Origin: Tubiluchus corallicola
Lineage: Eukaryota > Animalia > Priapulida
NCBI GenBank assembly: GCA_030141605.1
Contig: JAQGDQ010000028.1
Span: forward strand, 806,001-870,000
Reading direction: 5' to 3'
Length of the DNA stretch: 64,000 nt
Within the stretch, counting starts at the first letter, position 1; every line of letters starts with the position of its first letter. Below the pieces are notes generated by a model, which ran no database searches, had not been told where the DNA came from, and saw only the letters and a list, made by a program, of their open reading frames with translations. The position numbers and the translations under genes were made by a program. Below, one piece after another: positions 58,747 to 64,000 of this stretch.

Positions 58747-60320
58747 TTGAATGTAGGTAAGTTTGTTACAAGCAAATTTGGTACAGGGAATCTTGGTACG
58801 GCTAATTTCGGTACGAGGAAATTTTGGTACTAGAAATTTTTGGTAGGCGGTAATTTTGGTACAGGTAAATTTGGTACTATCATCTTTAAGCATAAGGAAT
58901 TTTGGTACTAGAAAATGTGATTTGGGGAATATTTGGTACGAGGAAAAAATGGTACCAGGATTGTCTAATACTAAGAAATATTGGTACAAGGAAGTTTTGG
59001 TACTAGGAAAATATGGTACGAGGAAAATTTGTAAATAGGAAAGTTTGGTACTGCAAAATTATGTATTAAACGAAAGAGAAATAATTTTTATGTCTTTTTA
59101 TAAAATAATTATTTCAACTAGAAAATACACAAGTTTATTAAACAGAGAAGAAATTTGGTACTAGGAAAGTCTGGTTTATTGAAAAGTTCATAAAACATAC
59201 TGTAATTAATAGTGCGTGGCAGCTAAAATTTTATCCGTGATTATCCCATCCATGTACGTACATTTGAAAATTCTTTCAGAAAAAATGACAGGTCTTCAAT
59301 TTACCATGCAAACTTTCGAAAAACTCGATCAATTTGTTTTTTTCGGAAAAATGATCACTTTCTTGGTGTTTTTTACAAAAAATATCAAAACTGAGATAAA
59401 AACATGCCACTGATAGCTAATGATATCACTGGAAAAAAACGCCCTGCAAAAGCCTAGTTTGGTTTCCCGCGAGGCCCACTGTGTGGAGTGAGAACTGTTC
59501 TTCTTGATGCACCTAATACTGCTGCTGCAGGCAGTGGTGACGGTGATGGTGTAATGTTGTCATGATACTGCTGTTGGCAGTGATGACAGTGATGGTGTAA
59601 TGTCGACATGATGCTGCTGTTGGCAGTTGTGGCAGTGGCAGAAATGGTGTGTGATTATTATGGTCACAGGTGTCACCGTCATCACTGTTGTCAGCAGCAA
59701 CAGCAACAACAACAGCTGCAGCAGCAACAACAACAATAACAATAGCAACAGCAACAAAACGACAAATGTAACAATGGTGATGATGAAGACAACGAAACCA
59801 GGAAGCAAGAAACTAACATACAACAAGAATAACAACAACAGCAGCAGTAGTGACGCCGACGTCTACAATAACAACAACAACAGTAACAAAAGCAACAAAA
59901 CAACAAAAGTAACAAAGGTGACATGATAACAGCAATAATTATGATGATGATGGTGGCAGCAGTCACAACAAAAGAGTGAGCAAGAAATAGAAAAACAACA
60001 ACAAGGGCAAATAACAAACAATAGACAAACAAACAAAGAGGAAGCGAACAAAAAACAAATAAAAACAAATGCACCAACATGAGCCTCTATAACTTGTTCA
60101 AGTAGGTTGTATAAAATACATTTTCTTAGTACCAAACTTTCCTAGTACCAAACTTTCCTTGTACTAAACTTGTTCCGTACCATTTTTACCTTGCACCGTA
60201 TTTACTTGTACCAAAAAATTCCTGACAAAACTTCGTTAGTACAATATCTACCAGTATTTTCTCTGTACCAAATTTTTCCAGTCCCAAAATCACCACATAC
60301 ATACATTTCCTAGTACCAAA
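58747..60320. mobile_element. Foldback-type element: direct array of 15-16 bp AGGAAANTTTGGTAC units and an inverted array, enclosing low-complexity (AAC)n DNA
   Basis: About 20 units at 58755-59065 and inverted GTACCAAANTTTCCT units at 60125-60320. The ends GAATGTAGGTA and TACATACATTTCC resemble the ends of the 55623-56726 element. Confidence 0.7.
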
Positions 60321-63064
60321 TTGTTTTCCTTGTATCAATATTACAAGGAAGCTTAGTTCCAATAATAAGTGCTTGTCTTTGCAATTTATTTTTTGCTTTA
60401 AAGGCACTTTAGTTTCAAAAAGTTGCATACTAAATTTTGTAGATGGCGACACCAGCGTTTAAACAGTGTTATTAGAAATACAAGATGTATAGCGCGACGA
60501 TACTGACAAGATAAATGAAGCATTTTAGTTTTTTTCTGCATTAGTTAAATAAGCTAGCAGTACACGCATCTGTTCTACACTGAAACCTGATAACTCGAAG
60601 GCTATAAAATTACATGAAATTAAAATAGCTATTAATGTGTCAGGAATATTAAAACACTACTGTGTGCTGTAGTTATTAAATTATTCTATTGTGCTTAATT
60701 ACTGATTATAATGATTAGTACTGTACAATCGTTTTAGCACAGTAAACGTTAATAATATTGAACAAACTTTTTAAATAAGCTTTTTTCTCCTATGTGATGC
60801 TTGTCTGAGCAAAAACACAACAATGGCAACATTTTGTAGTACCATTACAATACCATACCATTACCCATACCATTAGGCCATCATATTATGACCAGAGTGA
60901 CCGATACAAAATTTCAGTGTTCCGCTGATCTCGTCAAATTGCGGTAACTCTGACCTGCCCAGTGCCCAGTTACAGCCGGCAAAGGTTGTAGTTCCCGATT
61001 ATTGGGCCACGCAGTCCAGGACAATAGCCTCACAAAACGTGTCATCCGAATCAAGGATTTGTTTGCTTGAGTAACGGTACGCTGACTAGAAGACGCAACA
61101 AACGCAGCTGCCATTTTTGTTATAGAAAAATGAATTGTAATCACCACCGGTCCACCGCCACGCGTGCATATTGAGCTAATGAACATAACACAGCTATGCA
61201 CACACACAAATGAACGTGTGAGTTACAGTGAACAAATAATGAAATTATGAGCACACGCGCGCTTCGTGTGGCTTTTCACGCCTTTTACGTAAACGTGTAA
61301 GAATTTATTATCTAGGCTGAAAAAAGTAATAGCACCTGTTGTACCAATAACTGTAAGTAAGTGGGTGAGTGAGTGAGTGAGAAAGTAAGTAAACGAGTAA
61401 GTAGGTCTAAGTAAATAAAATTTTATTTCAGACTAAAAAACCTGTTTACAAAATAAAAAACGAAATTAAAAATACATTATGCGAATAAAAATTACTTACA
61501 GTGCAGTAAAGTTAGTCACTCGACTACTGTAGGCCTGCTGTTTCGTAATAGTTCATTCCTTCTCTGAAAAATCTTGATTATAAAAAAAAACGTCGGAGTT
61601 TAAAATATTGTAAATCTAATTATCTGATATTAGTAATCCTGATATAAGGCTATGACAAGTTTTCCTGCGAATGTGAACAAAATGAGCAATGTTAAGTCCA
61701 TAAATCCATTCCTAATGCACTGCAGGTCAGATCTAATTTAAAAACTCTTAATACAATTATTGGCGACACGTAACTTATTGAGAGTGCTCTTGCCTAGATT
61801 GGACAGATAGAGTAGAGCACTAAAATTACAACAGTAACTTTTATAAAAGTCTAATTTTGACATTATTGGAGTACATTTTAAATTTTAACCTATCAACCAG
61901 TTACTAAGTACGTAAAACAAACAAATTTGATTTTCACTATCACTGCCTAGTCATGTCTGAACACTTAATTATTATGACCAATACATACTACTTTTTTACT
62001 GATGCAGGCAATACACGATTTCCAGGAGTAAAGTACTTAAATGGAACGGTAAAAAAATTCATTGACTTTTCGTGGTATTAAAATAATATTATGAAAATTT
62101 GGATACTAGTTACCATAATTAAAAAGTGACTAGAGCATTAGAGCCTAGAGCCGGTATTGAAGAGTCAAGCAAAATTAGGTTACCAACATACATAAAATAA
62201 CTAATTTTGCATTTTTCAATACGCCAACTATTTATTATTAATTATTATTTATTCGTACATAAAAAAGTACATTAACACAACACAGACACACAGTGCATTA
62301 GTAATATTTACAAAATTATGTAATTAGTTACATACTGCATATACATTACACACCAAAAGTAATACATCGAAAAAAAAGCAAAACCAATAAAAAGACAAAA
62401 ATGACAATCATTACTTAAAAACACGATAAAATTATGTGTATGCAATTAATTCTTCATGATAAATGTTAAGATTTCATTCAATTCATTAAGCTATAAAAAC
62501 AAAAACCTTTTGCTTCTATTGTATTTAAAATATCCATTGCCAGAGATACTTTAGAAATTTGATCCTCAGTAAGTTTGCATTCCTCTATAAATACATGTGA
62601 TCGTACAAGCTTTGGCTTCGATATGATTAATGCAAAAACTATATTGTATTTTAGGCATAATAGTTCACATTATTCCCCATACATGATAAAACTGAGTAAA
62701 AAAAGAAACCACATTTAAATTACCTAACTTCTCGTATAATTTATACGTATATATATGTATCATATCATATGTGTATCACATATCATGTATAATATATATA
62801 TAGGTTAAAAAGCGGCCCAGAAAATATACCACCGTGTCTTAGGCAGCAATTCCCTTGTAAATGAATCAGAGATAGCTTCCCCATCTGAAGCATAGCTGTG
62901 GTTTCTACACCAGTTTTTAAAAACATTCAACAGTGCTATTTGGAAAACCACGAGCCGCGAGTTTGCTCAGCAATTTTTGTGGGTTACGCACTCAAAGCCT
63001 TACTGGCATCTAGAAGGCATGCATGAACAGGAGTGCCATTGTCTACGTATTTGAAGTAATAATG

Positions 63065-63146
63065 GGCTTCAAAATAATAACTGTGTGTTACCAATATTCC
63101 TAATAAGGCTTCAAAATAATAATTATGTGTTACCAATATTCCTAAT
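63065..63146. repeat. Tandem duplication, period 42 bp
   Basis: GGCTTCAAAATAATAA(C/T)T(G/A)TGTGTTACCAATATTCCTAAT begins at 63065 and again at 63107. Confidence 0.9.
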
Positions 63147-64000
63147 TATCCTAAGACTAAACTTTTTTAACTTTAGCGGAAAAGATGATAAAACTGGCGT
63201 GAGATGTCAGTTAGTACCTAATTTTTTCAAACTCCATTTTGAAATTGTCAAAAATTATTTTACATTCAATATCGTAAAGCCCAATATGTACTAGTATTTT
63301 GCGTTTTAGTTTTGGCAATGGTTTTCGTAGGTAACAGTGAAAAGTCAAACGATTTGTTTTCGCCGTTATGGTGCACGCTATCTTTACCTTCGTTTAGTGG
63401 AATTCGCCTCAATTTGCCTAATTTTCAAATTAAAAAGCAATTTGCATTTTTCGGTGTGCTGTCAAGTTTAATTTTTCAAGATGTCCATGTAATATTTCGT
63501 GACAACACGCGTTTTCATGCATAATAATGACCGTTAACGAGCAGCCCAGCGAGGGCAGACCCGCGAAAAATGGCTTACGACAACAACGTCCCTTTCTCGA
63601 AATGCACATTGTGTTTTTTTCAGTAATCTATATTAATGCGATGCTCATTTGAAATGCCCCTAGGACACTTTTCCGTCGCAGTTATTATTATTACAATGAT
63701 ATAGATAGATAAACTGCCACCTTGCAAAGACTACCTTGCCTTAGCTTTAATTTAATTTAACTACGACTATACTTGTCACTTACAATCGCAAATGCTGTTT
63801 TGATGGTTTTTAAAATGGCAGCGAATAGAATCTCTAAGCAGCAGTTTTTCGCCCCTGGTGAAAAGTCTGGGCTGAAAAATGAGTAGTAGTTTACTTGGCG
63901 CCACGAAGGTTTGAGTCCATTACAGAGTTATCCCTCGTTTCTCATATTTAGCTCTTATTAGGCCTTGTCATCAGGGCTACTTACCTACCACCTAGTAAAC

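Noticed and set aside
58755-59065. CRISPR-like array
   Set aside because: Units are contiguous degenerate 15-16-mers with no unique spacers, there are no cas genes, and the context is eukaryotic.
60914-61207. Minus-strand ORF containing AAAATGGCAGCT (MAAAFV…)
   Set aside because: No homology or strong donor; the ATG context is equally explained as a YY1 motif in regulatory DNA.
61390-62700. Possible very old LINE 3' ends on the minus strand
   Set aside because: Only faint compositional hints; no motif long enough to support a call.

Overview
AT-rich, intron-containing animal DNA, probably from an invertebrate bilaterian. Five conserved protein-coding genes could be assembled exon by exon, all with GT-AG introns and compatible phases: YY1 (-), the sphingolipid delta-4 desaturase DEGS1/2 (+), kanadaptin SLC4A1AP (-), MBIP (-) and the copper chaperone CCS (+). 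Introns and intergenic DNA carry decayed LINE fragments, MITE/foldback-type DNA elements and long microsatellites. The last ~18 kb has no recognisable gene. Most notable: (1) a tight cluster of YY1-binding motifs inside YY1's own first intron; (2) a two-exon, intron-retaining CPSF2 fragment lying antisense inside a kanadaptin intron; (3) a chain of four phase-compatible open exons on the + strand between SLC4A1AP and MBIP that the ORF track misses; (4) a head-to-head YY1-DEGS pair like human YY1-DEGS2; (5) foldback elements built from 15-16 bp subterminal repeats. Gene identities come from recognised protein motifs; no database search was run.
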